A DNA stretch of 64,000 nucleotides from Eledone cirrhosa (lineage: Eukaryota): NCBI GenBank assembly GCA_964016885.1, contig OZ024743.1, forward strand, positions 200,694,001 to 200,758,000, given 5' to 3'. Shown here one piece after another: positions 1-13,442 of this stretch; positions within the stretch are counted from its first letter, which is position 1; each line of letters starts with the position of its first letter. The notes under the pieces are model-generated. The model did no database searches. It saw nothing but the letters and a program-made list of their open reading frames with translations, and was not told where the DNA came from. The position numbers and the translations under genes were made by a program.

Positions 1-459
1 TAAATATGGAAACAAAAGAGGTGAAAATACAATAGCATATAGTGAGTAATGTGAATGCTATGAAAGGCTGGTTACAGCCAGTTTGAACAGAAAGAGGTGA
101 GAGAATTCTGGCTAGATACGACCAGTTTAAATGCTAAAGGGTCAAAGTAGTTCTGAAGAAAAGTCAGCACATGACACAGCATGTAAGCAAGTACAACTCA
201 TTTTTGCCAGCTGAATAGACTGGAGTAAGGTGAAATAAAATGTTTCACTCAAGGACACAATAATTCACTGGGAATTGAACTCATGACCTTACAATCACAA
301 GCTGAACATGCTAACCACTATGCCATGTAACTTCACCAAACAACAATATCAATAACAACCTAATCCTAGAGATTTAAAACCATGATGTGTTCATTGAAAT
401 ACAAATATTTACTAAAATAACAACAGTAGTGGCTTTAAAATTGCAGTGTTTATACTTAC

Positions 460-685
460 TATGGACAGAATTTTCTGAAGCTAGTTTACGAAACGTAAAT
501 GATATTCTTGTTTCTCTTTTGACCAAAGTCATGGAACCATCTGGAAGTGGTACAATGTCCGACTTTCTTGGAGTGATTCCATGGGACCAGATATATCTAG
601 ATTCTCCACTCATGACCAGAAGACTTCTTCGTGGTAGAACTACACTCCTGCGTTGGGCATCAGGGTGGTGAAACTCCATAACAAC
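460..685 (-). CDS. ALKBH8: ALKBH8 exon 6, AlkB domain C-terminal part; methyltransferase exons expected beyond the window start
   Basis: VVMEFHHPD...LPRRSLLVMSGESRYIWSHGITPRKSD...RISFTFRK (distal His and 2OG-binding RxSxTFR); TTCAG acceptor and GTAAGT donor. Confidence 0.93.
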
Positions 686-2329
686 CTGAAACGATAAAGA
701 AATATGTGTTGGACCTCCATCAGTTACAACGATGAGTGTACCAGTTGTTTGACCAACAGAACATCTTGTTCAAGAAATTAACAGGAAAGTAGCTGAGTAT
801 TCAACAAATACGTAGTTCTCAGGGAGATTCAGCATAACACAGTGAATGATAAGGCTGGTTCTTTTGATTTACAGGTACAATTAATTCTATATAAACAGAA
901 ACAGGAATTTACAAAATAAAACTCAAGTGGTTAAAAGATAACTTTCTAAAGACAAGGTTGTGTGATTCAGGAATTTGCTTTACATTCATAGGGTTGTGAG
1001 TTCAGTCCCACTGTGCAGAATTTTGTTTAATCCTTTAGCATTTACATTACTCAATATTTACTCTTGTATTTTCCTGGTCAAGGCTTTATCTCACATAATA
1101 TCGAAACTACAAGATTTTGATGTTATTTATTTTGAGAACAATACCTTAACATTGGTATGAGTAACTGATTACAGCTGGTTTGAATAAAAAGAGGTGAAAT
1201 GATTCTGGCTGCTAAAGGGTTAAAAGTTTTTTATTATAGCTTTGGGATGACCAATGTCTAGTGAGTGGAATGTGTTTCCTTGAACTAGTCAGCTGCATAA
1301 CTAATCAAGTAGTACAAGATTACAGAGAGGTAACTATGTAGACATTGAGTTATAGTACAATGAATTAGAGACAGTATCAAGCTAGATGAGATGCAGTTCA
1401 GCTTTGAGAGGTAGAGCATAATGATGATGATAACCAACGGGTTACTGCACGGTTTCTGCTTACCACCTTTCATTCATATACCATAGGACAACCAAAGGCT
1501 TTGATAGAAGACACTTGCCCAAGGAGTCATCAGCTGGGATTGAAATTGGAATCAAGCAGATGCAAGCAAAATTTAAAGGACTCGGCCAAGCCAGTGCCTA
1601 TACATACATTCATACACACCACACATCACATATATAACGCATATTAAACATTGCACTGTAATTACAATCCCGATAGCTTCATGACACATATGGTGTGTAT
1701 GCACACGACAGATGCGAGTGTGTGATTGTGCATAAAATATAATTCTAAGAAACTATATTAAAATTCGTTTCCTAAAGGGACGTTACTCCCACAACTTGAA
1801 ATCTAGAGTTCTCTCCCTGGAAAGAATCCACTAGATTTTTATTTCAATATTATGTATTTTTTCTCATACACACTGAAAAGCAGGGATTTTCGAGTGCAAA
1901 CTGGACGCTTGTCCAGTCTGCACTGTAAAGTAGTCGAGTTGGTGTCACATCAATAAAGCACCCAGTCCACACTGTAAAATGGTCATTTTGGTGCCACGAT
2001 AAAAAGCACCCAGTACACACTATTATTGTGGTTGGCATATAGGAAGGGCATCCATTCATAGAAATGCCAGAAACAGTTCTATATGAGTAAGACACAGTCA
2101 TCTGATCTGGTTTGCCTCTCAACAGGACAACTCGTCTAATCCATCCTAGCGTGGGAAAATGGACGTTAAACAGTGATGATGATGATGATGATGACCCAAA
2201 TGTGAGAATGATCATTTAAACAGATATACAAACATGCAAGCATATAACTGTAGAGAAATATTACATAAAGAAATTGCCGAAGAGTATATAATAGAAAACC
2301 TCTATAGTTAGAAATAAAATATATCTCAC

Positions 2330-2400
2330 CATGGAGCCAAGACTTAAAGAAAGAATTCCATCCTCAAAAGCAGAAGGAGTATCCACATGTGGGGGTATAC
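2330..2400 (-). CDS. ALKBH8: ALKBH8 exon 5 with Fe(II)-binding HxD motif
   Basis: GIPPHVDTPSAFEDGILSLSLGSM; GTAG acceptor and GTGAG donor, 71 nt. Confidence 0.92.
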
Positions 2401-3107
2401 CTACAAATACATATAAAGTCACTATCATGTGTTGATGTAGTAATTATCTATAAAGAGGCTAAGATGTTGTGAACAAAATCAAGACACCAGGACACAGAAA
2501 TGCAAGCAATTGCATGTAGCCCTTAACTTACTGTAAAGATTTTGCAGAAAATATCTAAAAATTGATTTTTTTTTAATGCACATGTTTATAGTATTTTTAC
2601 TAATGGACAGATTGTTGTCAAAATTTCTTTCAGTTTTAATATGATGCAACCATAGTGCTGTGTTGTAATTTTCCAGAATGTCTTGATAATGTGGCTTCAT
2701 GTGGTACAAGACGTTAAGAATTAAGAATTAATCCTAATGCTTTAGTAGAAAATATCTGAAAAACGTGCTAGTCGATTCAAATGTTTATAGTATTTTTACT
2801 AGTGGACAGATCATTGTGAACATTTGCAGTGTCAGAGGAAAGGCTTCAATTTTTAATGTTATATTGTAATAGTGCTGCTTTGTACTTTTCAAGAATATCA
2901 TGTTAATGTGGTTTCATATGGTACAGGACATTAAGGGTTCATGTAAAACAGAGGTTCTCAAAGTGGTCGCTACTGCCCCCCCCCCCCCCCCGCCATATTG
3001 AGAAAGCCCGGGGGGGGGGGCTGTAGAGATGATATAATAGTATATTAAATATCAAATGATACATATAAATAAATGTAGTAAAATTTAAAAATATATATTT
3101 ATTTATA

Positions 3108-3372
3108 CGGGTGATGTGTTGTTTCCTTGAGCAAGACACTTTATTTCACATTGCTCCAGTTTACTCAGCTGTAGAAATGAGATGATAGGGACTGGGGTCC
3201 CTATCATTCCACTTTAAAGTGGTCGTGGAGGTGCCACGGCAAAAAAGCACCCAGCACTCACTGTAAATGAGGTTGGTGTTAGGAAGGGCATCCAACTGTA
3301 GAAATCAAGCCAGAATCAGTTCCCGTCCCACCCTTGCAAGCAGGGAAAAGCGGACGTAAAATGATGATGATG
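3108..3372 (+). mobile_element. tRNA-derived SINE family A, 5'-truncated copy
   Basis: Matches the body of the full copy at 32881-33193; ends GGACGTAAAA(TGA)n. Confidence 0.8.
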
Positions 3373-3440
3373 ATATATATATATATTTTATTTTCATATT
3401 ACTATTACTATTATACATAGTATATATTATTTTATTTATT

Positions 3441-3625
3441 GTGGATTGGCAGTATCAGTAGAGGGTCGGACGCCATGCTTTGCAGCAAAGAGTTACGGCC
3501 CTTTATGGTCTGAGTTCAAATCCCACCAAGGTTAACTTTGCCTTTCATCCTTACAGGGTCGATAAAATAAAGTACCAGTAATACACTGGGTAATTGCTGG
3601 CCTTGTGCCAAAAGTAGACACAATT
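3441..3625 (+). mobile_element. tRNA-derived SINE family B
   Basis: B-box-like GAGTTCAAATCCC and core TTTGCCTTTCATCCTTAC.GGGTCGATAAAATAAAGTACCAG. Further copies near 15295, 16715, 59490(-), 60553, 62500(-) and 63899. Confidence 0.75.
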
Positions 3626-3997
3626 ATATATTATTTACAATTTGCGTGTAGCTCAGGTCTCTCTGGAAATAGGGTTGAGGGGCACTGAGGGTATTACATG
3701 GCCGTGAGGGTGGCAGTGACAAAAAATTTGAGAACCTCTGATGTTAAAGAATAACTGATTACAGCAGAAATAAGATATGGTAATATCATCTGGAATATCC
3801 TTCCATGTACAGTTTAATTGAAGATCTGGTGAGATGTAATGAGATCACAACAAATAACACTAAGACTCACAGACAACAGGAAAATCATAGAGATTTGTTG
3901 TAGAACTATTACATCCAAGAGTTATTATAATGTATGGCAGTATTATTCATGTTTCAGACAAATGTTTTGTACTATATAATTACATCCCTTTATCAAT

Positions 3998-4470
3998 AGT
4001 GCTGGTGCCATGATAAATGCACCCGGCCTACTCTGTAAAGTGGTATTGCTGCTGCCACAATAAAATGCACCTAGTCCACTCTGTAATGGGGTAGTTCTCA
4101 CACCACAATTATATTCACCCACTCCACTTTGTAAGGTGGTAGTACTGGTGCTATGATAACATGCACCTAATCTACTCTGTAAAGTGGTAGTGCTGGTGCT
4201 ATGTTAAAATGCATTCAGTACAATCTGTAAAATGGCAGTTCCAATGCAATAAAATGCCCCCAGTACACTCTGTAAAGTGATAGTTCTGGTGCCACAATAA
4301 AATGTACCTAGGACAATCTGTAAAGTGGTAGTAATGGCACCATGATAAAATGATTTAGTCCACTTTGTAAAATGGCAGTGCCGGTGACATAATACAATGC
4401 AGCCTGTATGTTCTGTAAAGTAGCAATGCTGGTGCCATAATAAAATACATGCAGTACATACTGAAAAGAG
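3998..4470 (+). repeat. Degenerate ~47-bp minisatellite derived from the SINE/RTE 3' module
   Basis: Repeated GTGCTGGTGCCA.GATAAAATGCACC.AGTCCACTCTGTAAAGTGGTA. Similar arrays at ~7060-7385 (reverse) and ~11450-11640. Confidence 0.7.
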
Positions 4471-4630
4471 ATTGGCATGAGGAAGAGTATACAGAGGTAA
4501 AAACCATGCTAAAATGGAATATGTGAGAAAGACATGATCATCTGATCTGTATAATCTTAGAATGTAACAAACCATCCAACCCATGCCAGCATAGAAAACA
4601 GACGTAAAATAGTGAAGATGATATATATAC

Positions 4631-4831
4631 CTTGTCCTGGTAAGTATTGGTTGACAGTCAGCTGATCTGGACACTGTTTAATTAATCCTTGTTGCATAAC
4701 CATTGAAATTAGTCTATCACATACTAGAGGGATTCCATTAGGAAGAGGAGAGCTTGGGTCGACATTGTTTGTGTTGTACATGAACTCATATCCATAGTGC
4801 TTTGCTTTTCTGTGTTTCAAAGTGGTTTGGC
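4631..4831 (-). CDS. ALKBH8: ALKBH8 exon 4, AlkB domain N-terminal part
   Basis: LKHRKAKHYGYEFMYNTNNVD...PDQLTVNQYLPGQG; ACAG acceptor and GT donor, 201 nt, frame-consistent with neighbours. Confidence 0.92.
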
Positions 4832-6620
4832 CTGTATAATTAAACAACAGTTATATCCAATAATTAGGTAATTAAATTTTAGGCAAAAAGAAATGTCCAG
4901 AAATCCCACTGGAGGGAAGCTGCAATAGAGGATGATCAAGAAAAATCTGGGTAGAGGTTGTGAGAGCGAACTTCAAATCGCTAAATCTAGCAGACGAAGG
5001 AACACGATAAGTGGAGAGATGCTGTGCTGAGTAGGACGCATCCAACCCATGCAAGCATGGAAAAGCAGGCATAAAAATGATGATGATGACCCACTCAACC
5101 TAAAAATGAAGTGCAACATATTCATTTCATTGTTAGCCTATAGCCCTAGGTCATCACTGTAGAGTAGAGTTATGATCAAAGGTATTCCAGTCATGACCAG
5201 CCCATCAGATTATCTAGGACTACATTGTAGAAAGTCAGCATCATTATTTAATGTCCATTTTCACTGCTAGCAATGGCTGGTTGGATGCATTTTAATCAGA
5301 GCTACTGACCCCTCAGATGGGCCAAGGACCCACATCTTGCTTACATAAATTCTCACCCTCTAGAGAGTACACTGGGTGCATTTTATCATGGCACCACCAC
5401 TGGGGAGATTGTCATGTCTTTGACCCAACTGAAGAGTCCTCCTAACCTTTTCTTTGGCAGGTTTTCTATGGCTGATGCCCTTCCTATTACCAACCATTTT
5501 ACAGAGTGTATTGGGCGCATTTATCATATTCTTTTGTTTTCTTTTTTTTCAAGACAGCATGATGTGATCTGATAATGACTTGGCTGGTATTTTTTGCAGG
5601 TTAAGTGGTCTTTTTGTTGGTTCATTAGACCTATTGCACACACACTCACTATGCAATGATACTGATGTGAAGTAGTGATATCTTTCAAATATAACATAGC
5701 TTTAGAGATGTGGGTGGCAGCAGCGGTGACAACCTAGATTAGTCTGAACAACTGATTGACTAATGTAAAGAGAATGGCCAGAATATAGAATATTATCATC
5801 TATATTTTCAACCAGTTTTGATACCCAACTAGAAGATGGAAATCGTTGGCAGCAAAGAAAGGACCCTATCTATTCTAGTTAACAAGTGATGTTAAAATGC
5901 GTTAAATCTAGCAATATCAAATCATTATTTAACAGCTATCAAAGCCAGATCCATTAATGAAATGGGTACGATACAGGATAATGAAACATAGTAGCCTAAC
6001 TAGAACCACATAAAGTGTTCTTGTTCTTTTTCTCACAATTCATTGGGATTTGAAGATTTTGCCATTACTTCTAGAAAACCAAGTCACTCACTATATAGAG
6101 GCTCTGCTGCCGGCTCTGGATAAACCTATAACGTTCTGCCCATGTTAAGGTTAATAGCACAGATATTTTGAGAAGCTGTTGTTGTTGTCATTGCTGTTCA
6201 AAATTAGGTTAACCCTGAACTATCAAACCTATGATGAAAGGCATTCTACTTATAATCCAAGAGCATCTCATACCATCTTTATTTCCAGATAACAATCCAA
6301 ATTATCCCTTTTTTTTTATAGCAGATAGTCTAGGAGGGTTCAGAATATTGATGATTGATAGAGAGTTTTGGAGAGCATGTATAAAAACAGACAGATGACC
6401 TGGCAGTCAGCACAGATAGATAGAAAGGTGTGTGATTTGGCTGCTGTTTCTAGCAGACCAAGTGACTGTGAAAAGATTTCTATTCACTAACAGTAGATGT
6501 GTATTTTCTTGTCTCGAGAGACATGAAGAGAACAATTCAAACATGAAGAGGTGTAATATATTTAACCAAGTCTTTAATATTTATTCTGCTATAAAATATT
6601 AAAAAAAGAACACATCTTAC

Positions 6621-6746
6621 TTGGATTATCACTGTTGGCCCATTCTATAGCATTGATCAATAATGTTTCATAGTCTTCAGTGATGAAATCTTCTAAAACA
6701 ACCAAGCCTGATGGCAGGTCTCTGGATGGAACAGAGCAAGAAGGAA
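6621..6746 (-). CDS. ALKBH8: ALKBH8 exon 3
   Basis: GGCAG acceptor and GTAAG donor, 126 nt, phase 1-1. LPSGLVVLEDFITEDYETLLINAIEW resembles human [26 protein letters not shown]. Not in the ORF track. Confidence 0.88.
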
Positions 6747-8049
6747 CTGCCAAATATAAAAAATATAGTTAGAGAATAGATTGATTACAGAGAATTATTT
6801 AAAGGTTCCATAGCAATACAGAAAATAACAAACTAGCAAAGTGAATGAAGTGTGGATCATAATGTGACCTAGCTGTCATGAATTGGTAGCAGATCTTCTG
6901 GCAGTATTACCTAATATATGGAAATCCCATCATGTAACATCCATTTTTCCATGGGTTGGACAGATTGTAAAGTTATGAAACAAGTCAGGTCAGGTGACCA
7001 CGTCTTGTTCATATAGATCTGTATTTTATCTTGGTTTCTATGGCTAGATGCCTTTTGCTAATGGCAACCATATGGACTGGGTGCCTTTTATCATGGCATG
7101 AAAACAACCATCTAACAGGGTGGACTGGGTGCTTTTTATTGTGGCACTAAAATGAGCATCTAACAGGGTGGACTGGGTGATTTTTCATTGTCACCAGCAG
7201 AACCACCTTACAGGTTGGACTGAGCAATGATGTTGTGTCACCAGCACAACCACCTTATAAGGTGAACTGGGCACTTTTTGTAGTGTCACCAGCACGACCA
7301 CCTTACAGGGTGAACTAGGTGCTTTTTGTCGTGTCACCAGCACAACCACCTTAGAGGATGGACTGGCTGCTTTTTGTCCTGTCAATGGACAGGAAAATGC
7401 CCACTTTGGTCATGACTGACTGATCATGGATTTAGCTCTCCAAGGCACAAACCTGGGCAGAGTATTTTGTAGAAGACCAACAATTGCTTATGTATGGAAG
7501 CCTCTCTTTTCTATGATATTGATGTCTAATGGAAAGACAAAGACCAATAAAACTTGGCACCAGTGTTGTCACAGCTGAACTTCCTGTTGACTGGACTGGA
7601 GAAATGTGAAATTTAGTCTCTTGCTCAAAGACAATGCCCTGCTCAGCCTGGGAATCAAACTCACATTCTTACAATTGCAAGCAGAGTGTCCTAACTACTA
7701 AACCATGTACCTTCACTTACTTATTTACTATCTATAAAATGACATAAATGTATTTCTCGTCTACTTTTCCCTGTAAAGTGGTTGGTGACAGGAAGTGCAT
7801 CCAGCTGCACATAAACATTTGAGGTAACAAAACCATTTTATATATTTTCTGTTAAATCATTATAAGATGTTAGGAGTTAATGCTTTAATCAACCAGCTTA
7901 CTGCATGTTATAGATATGGTCAAGCAAAGCTGAACAGGACTATTCAACAACTCATGCTTATATGTCAGTTAGAATGCAAACCTACATGACCAAAGGGAAA
8001 ATGTATATAATCACAAAATAAAGAAAAATAGAATCTACTGAACACTTAC

Positions 8050-8275
8050 TTGTTTTCAAAAAAGAAATATAAATGTTGTTTCCATTAGTTAGTTTTGTAC
8101 CATTTAATTTATTTACTGCTTGGACTGCATCTTCTGTAGAAAGGTAACATATAAATGCATAAGGTCTTTCAGGAAGCATAATGATCTCTTCTGCACTGAC
8201 ATCTTCACAGAAAGCTTTCTGTATTTCTTCCTTGCTCACACCAGCAACAAGTCCACCATTAAATACACACAGAAT
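8050..8275 (-). CDS. ALKBH8: ALKBH8 exon 2, RRM domain
   Basis: TTTAG acceptor and GTAAGT donor, 226 nt. ILCVFNGGLVAGVSKEE...MLPERPYAFICY...LNG resembles human LVVANGGLGNGVS...MPPNKPYSF...LNG. Confidence 0.9.
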
Positions 8276-9399
8276 CTAAAGAAAACAAACAGCAACTATG
8301 AATAATATTCAACATTGCTTTTCATTTTTTTTACCTGTTTCAACCACCAGACTGAAGCAATTCTAGAGCACAGCCATGATTTTAGATGATTATATGAATC
8401 CCATAACTTATTGTTTCTGTCTTGTACTTATTCTACTGCATTGAGCATAAGATATATCTTTGACATGACTACAATCCCGCATAGTATACAGTTTTGCTCC
8501 ATATATTGTTGCAATAAGAGTTATTTTCAAAGTGGTTTTATAAAAAATTAATAAAAACTCCAAATTGATTTTGCCATTTTTTTTAACCTAACTGATTCTT
8601 ATATAGTTGTAGTTTATTCTCTATCAGGTAAATTACATTTCATAAAGTGTAATTAAATTAGTTAAATGAAATTTCTACAGTCTTGAAAGTTCTACCTATC
8701 TTATAATGACAAATCAATATTTCGTTCAGAGGCAAATATACTCTTATCTTATATTTCCCCTGTAAATATTTTATAATTCATATCTCATATCACTAACTAC
8801 ACAGTCTCAGTGTGAGTGTGCGTCTGGGAAACATACACATATACACCAGGTCTGAACACAAAGGAACCAAACTCCCATTGTCATCGCCTCCCTTCTCTCC
8901 CACTCTCTCACTATTATGAACAAGTAGGAGCCCACACACTAGCCACCCCGGGTCCTCTGTGTACAGAATAGAGAAAGCGTTTCCTTGAAGGAGGGTGGGG
9001 GAGATGCATTGGAAAAGCAGTCATTCCAGCTTATGAGGCTCACACCTGCAGGTAGTTAGCTATTAAAAACAATAAATTGATTTTGTTTTTATTTTATCAT
9101 TTGTTGTTTTACTTTTTACTTCATGGCAATTTTGTCCAAATCTCTCTGCAACAACAATGACTCCAAACTCTATTGGCTTTTGGACAACACCTGGGGATTC
9201 CTGGACATTCAATATAGAAATACAAAAATGATATCTCATCAGATTTACCAGATTCATTGAGTAAGAACATTTTAGGGTTCACTGGGTTTAGAGTTAGAGA
9301 TCTCTCATGTTTGTGTATACATATAAAGAGAGCATGTGAAATAAATCTGGTGAATGAAAGGGGATATTTACTTTTTCTTATTTTGAGCTATCTCTATCT

Positions 9400-9890
9400 A
9401 TCTATTGCGGGTAAAATTCCCAAGATCCATGGACGAATTCTCTCCAGCGGTCTCTATCACTCATCATCTCTGCCATGTCCCGCATCTCCAAGAGACCGGT
9501 GTCTGTCCTTAGAACATTAACATATGTCAACCCCGGTCTCCCTCTTCTAGTGTATCCATGCAGGGGCTCCCACAGGAGCATTGAGTGCAGTGTCAACTCT
9601 GAATGTCGGTGAGCATGTCCAGCTAACCTCAGTCTCCTCCGTGTTACTTTCGAGCTGACTTTTGGGAGGCTCCCATACAGCTCTGAGTTCTTCATCCTCA
9701 GTGTTTACTAATTAATCGTCAGTGCCATCCTCAGCATTCTCATGTAGCACCCATCCACCATCTGTATAAGTTTCTTGGTCAGTGTCCAAGTCAGCAACAC
9801 CCGTACAGCAACACAGACTCCACTGTAGCAACGAAGAGGCGGATCTTCAGGTCTTTACAAAGGTCCAACTTCCACACCGATCTCAATCTT
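9400..9890 (-). mobile_element. RTE-type LINE 3' fragment
   Basis: RRRLRLAGHAHRH...LLWEPLHG..RRGRP...DRDRWR, a typical RTE ORF C-terminus, ending at a (GATA)n-like tail. Confidence 0.75.
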
Positions 9891-10710
9891 TGAGCTATAT
9901 TGTTAACAATACCCAACATGTGTGGCATAACAAGTGGAGACTTGCAGCTTTCCCTTAAAAAAAAAAGTTAAATAACCTCACCCATAACTGTGGCACACAG
10001 AGGAATGTTCCAGGTTCAGATACATAGTGTGAAGAGATATATGTAGGCTTAGGTATATGTGTATATATATCATCATCATCATCGTTTAACATTCATTTTC
10101 CAAGCTAGCATGGGTTAGACGGATTGTCCCATTAGAGGCAAGTCGGGTCTGTTGACCGTGTCTAGCTCAAATAGAACTGTTTCTGGCTAGGTTTCTATGG
10201 CTGGATGCCCTTCCTAATATATATTTGAGAAAAGAGAACAATGACTTCACTGGTGGTTGGTATTCTTTAATAGTTCAAATTTTTACAGTAAGTTGTTATT
10301 CATATTAGTTATATTAAGTCCTTGATCATTTTCTGGGGAACTCTCTTGCATTCAGAGGCAATTGTCAAACTGGTCTATTGTGGTATTTTGATGATATATA
10401 TATATATTAGAGGAATGGGGGTCTAGGAGTAGAGTGGTAAGTGGATATTTCACAAATAATCTTTTCTAATAGGAAAAAGAGATGGAAATTCAGTGAGGGC
10501 ACTTTATTGTGGTAGTCAGAAGGGGTTAAGTGAGATAAAGGACCTTTGGTGAAGAGACAAAATAAAGCTAGTGACATAAGTGTATTTATATATTATTGAC
10601 GAAAAACTCCCCAGTAAAATACTGGGTTATGGTGGGACGATAGAGGTGTAGGTACAAATGAGAACTGATCACCATGAAAAATTAGAAGGAGAGGTAAACA
10701 TTTTCCACTA

Positions 10711-11043
10711 TCATCATTTCATTTTACGTCCGCTTTTTCCCTGCTTGCAAGCGTGGGATGGGAACTGATTCTGGCTTGATTTCTACAGCTGGATGCCCTT
10801 CCTAACACCAACCTCATTTACAGTGAGTGCTGGGTGCTTTTTTGCCGTGGCACCTTCACGACCACTTTGCAGTGGAAAGATAGGGACCCCAGTCCCTATC
10901 ATCTCATTTCTACAGCTGAGTAAACTGGAGCAATGTAAAATAAAGTGTCTTGCTCAAGGAAACAACACATCACCTGATCTGAGAATTGAACTCAACCTTT
11001 CGATTGCAAGGCCAATGCTCTAACCACTAAGCCATGTGCCTCC
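10711..11043 (-). mobile_element. SINE family A, full-length
   Basis: Reverse complement of the 32881-33193 element with A box TGGCTTAGTGG and B box GAGTTCAATTC. Confidence 0.85.
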
Positions 11044-11108
<65 letters not shown>

Positions 11109-11911
11109 AGATAGAGTGTGGTAAAAAAACAGATGGACCATAACCTACCAGAGCACTCGATACTTGGGGCAGTAGAGTGAGTAATATGAAAAGATTCTGT
11201 CATTACTACAACAGAGGTTCGACAAGCTTTTGATTCCAGAGTCGGGCCAGATCGAACCTTGAGCTGATCAATAGCGAATCACCAACCAATAAACTTAATG
11301 AAGGCTTAACCAATCGTCCTTGTATTATTACATATATATATATAAAGGGAGAGAGAGATAATCTCCCACATCCTTCACCCTCCAGCTCTCGTCCAACCCA
11401 AACACAGCTTATCCACTGATACGAGTAGCCTATTGTAGAAACAAGGCATTGCCAGTGTCATGATAAAATGCACACAACTCAATCTGTAATGGGGTAGTGC
11501 TGGTGTCACGATAAAGCACACAATCCATCCTGTACGGTGGTAGTGCTGATGCCACGCTAAAAGCACCCAATCCACCTTGTAAGGCGGTAGTGCTGGTGCC
11601 ACGATAAAAATGTCCCCAGTACTTGTTGCAAAGTGGTTGGCAAACAGCCGTAGAATCGAAGCCCAAAACGGAACGAATGAGGAAGACATGGTCACCTGAC
11701 TGGTTTCGCTTCAGAATGCGACAACCCGTCTAACCTCCGTAAGCATAGAAAACCAACATTAAACAGTGATGATGTCATTATACACACACACACATATTTG
11801 TATGTGTGTGAGTGTGTGTATGCTTGTGGGAGAGAATGAGTTGTAGAGCCCCGGTCATTATGATTGTACACTAAGATGATCGATATTGAACCGATTGTAG
11901 TAAGCCAATAA

Positions 11912-11942
<31 letters not shown>

Positions 11943-12448
11943 GCTGCAACAGTGACTTCGTTCCTACTCACTTTATTTACACACTGCACACTACAGTAGC
12001 CTTAACTCTGGAATACAACCCAACAAGAGACGGACCACGTAACATCTATATAACTAGTTTAGTGGGCCCCAACTAACCTTGTTTCCTCTAACGTTCTTTA
12101 TGATGCATATTTTGCAGATACATTTTCGAAAGTATAGATTACGAATATGCAGATGGAATTTAAAACAAAGTAGTTGTGAACACACACAGTAACTACCGGT
12201 CTATGATCTTATTATTATCTCTCTCTCTACACACACATACATGCGGTGCCCCAGCATGGCCTCAGCCGGATGGATGGAACAGGTAAAAGAGTATATATAT
12301 ATATAATAGAAATAACTATAAAAATAATCTAATCTCCGAGCCAAGTTCTTTATAAATAACACCAGGGCGTCTGCTAGCAGTTAATAAACATTAAAGAAAA
12401 GTTAAAGAACAAATGAAAACAGCAGAATATCATTTCAAAATATCTTAC

Positions 12449-12574
12449 ATTAGTTTGTTCATCTGATATACAAATATTATCTAATCTCCGTAAAGTATGT
12501 CGACATCGCTGTAGTTTTTTCTTCACTTTTTTGTCTACAATTTTCGGTACACAGGCAGCCATGGGCGCCGCCAT
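12449..12574 (-). CDS. ALKBH8: ALKBH8 coding exon 1 (MAAPMAACVPKIVDKKVKKKLQRCRHTLRRLDNICISDEQTN)
   Basis: ATG at 12574 (alternative ATG at 12562). GTAAG donor follows 12449, phase 0. The basic N-terminal segment resembles human [20 protein letters not shown]. Confidence 0.8.
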
Positions 12575-13090
12575 GATGTAAATCCCACAGTAAATATAGT
12601 GACGAAATACAACACGTGTATGTTCGTATATTCGCAGAATAAATTTTAGTTTTTAGTTGATTAACAATTTACAAAGGAATAAAATTTAAAGAATAGAAAA
12701 AAATATAATAATCTGATTTACATGAGGAACAGATTGAGAAATTAATATATATATATATTTTAAATGTATTTTTGGCACTACAACGCTATTAACTGTCAGT
12801 CGAAAGCAGCCGATGAAAACAAAACATCGTTTATTTCCGTATTACTAGCATGCGTAAGTGGAGTTACTTGGTGGTAGTAATACGGAAATAAACGATGACG
12901 AATGACGTCACCTTCGCCTCCTTTCATCGGCCGCTTTCACGACTGACAGCTATATATCACGTGAACACAATCACATTTTTCTTTCAAAAGGAAAAGTTTG
13001 GCGCCATTTTTCTCAAGGAAAGCGGGCAAATGTCTACAAACGCAAGAGAAAAGAAGAAATAATAAAAGCAAAAGATAAAAAAATGGTAAG
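12575..13090. promoter_or_regulatory. Candidate (bidirectional) promoter upstream of ALKBH8
   Basis: Locally CpG-rich. CRE TGACGTCA 12903-12910, E-box TCACGTGA 12957-12964, YY1-like CGCCATTTT 13002-13010, and a plus-strand ATG|GTAAGT donor at 13083-13091. Confidence 0.5.
12793..12949. repeat. Nested inverted repeat (hairpin/MITE-like), ~157 bp
   Basis: Perfect 23-bp arms at 12825-12847 and 12875-12897. Imperfect outer arms CTGTCAGTCGAAAGCAGCCGATGAAA and TTTCATCGGCCGCTTTCACGACTGACAG. Confidence 0.85.
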
Positions 13091-13442
13091 TAATATCAAA
13101 TAATTAGTAAAAACGTTATAGGAGTCGCATTACACGAATAATTAAGTTTCATACATATATATATATATGTGTATAAAATAAATATGGTTTTATAAATATA
13201 GTTTCCATTTATTACATATATATATATATATAAGTCGAGCACTCTTCAGTCAATAGGATTGTAAACCAATACTTAGAGCACTCTTCACTCCTATGACTTT
13301 TTCAATTTTCAACGGAAACTTCAATACTTATATATATATATATATATAAGTCGATTAACCCACTCGATATGCAAATTGGGCTACTCAGCCGTTAATATGC
13401 ATAAGGTAAGTATATACGTTCAACAATCTGGCAAGAAGGTAT

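Noticed and set aside
387-671. Plus-strand ORFs antisense to ALKBH8 exons and LINE ORFs
   Set aside because: Shadow frames of real coding sequence on the opposite strand.
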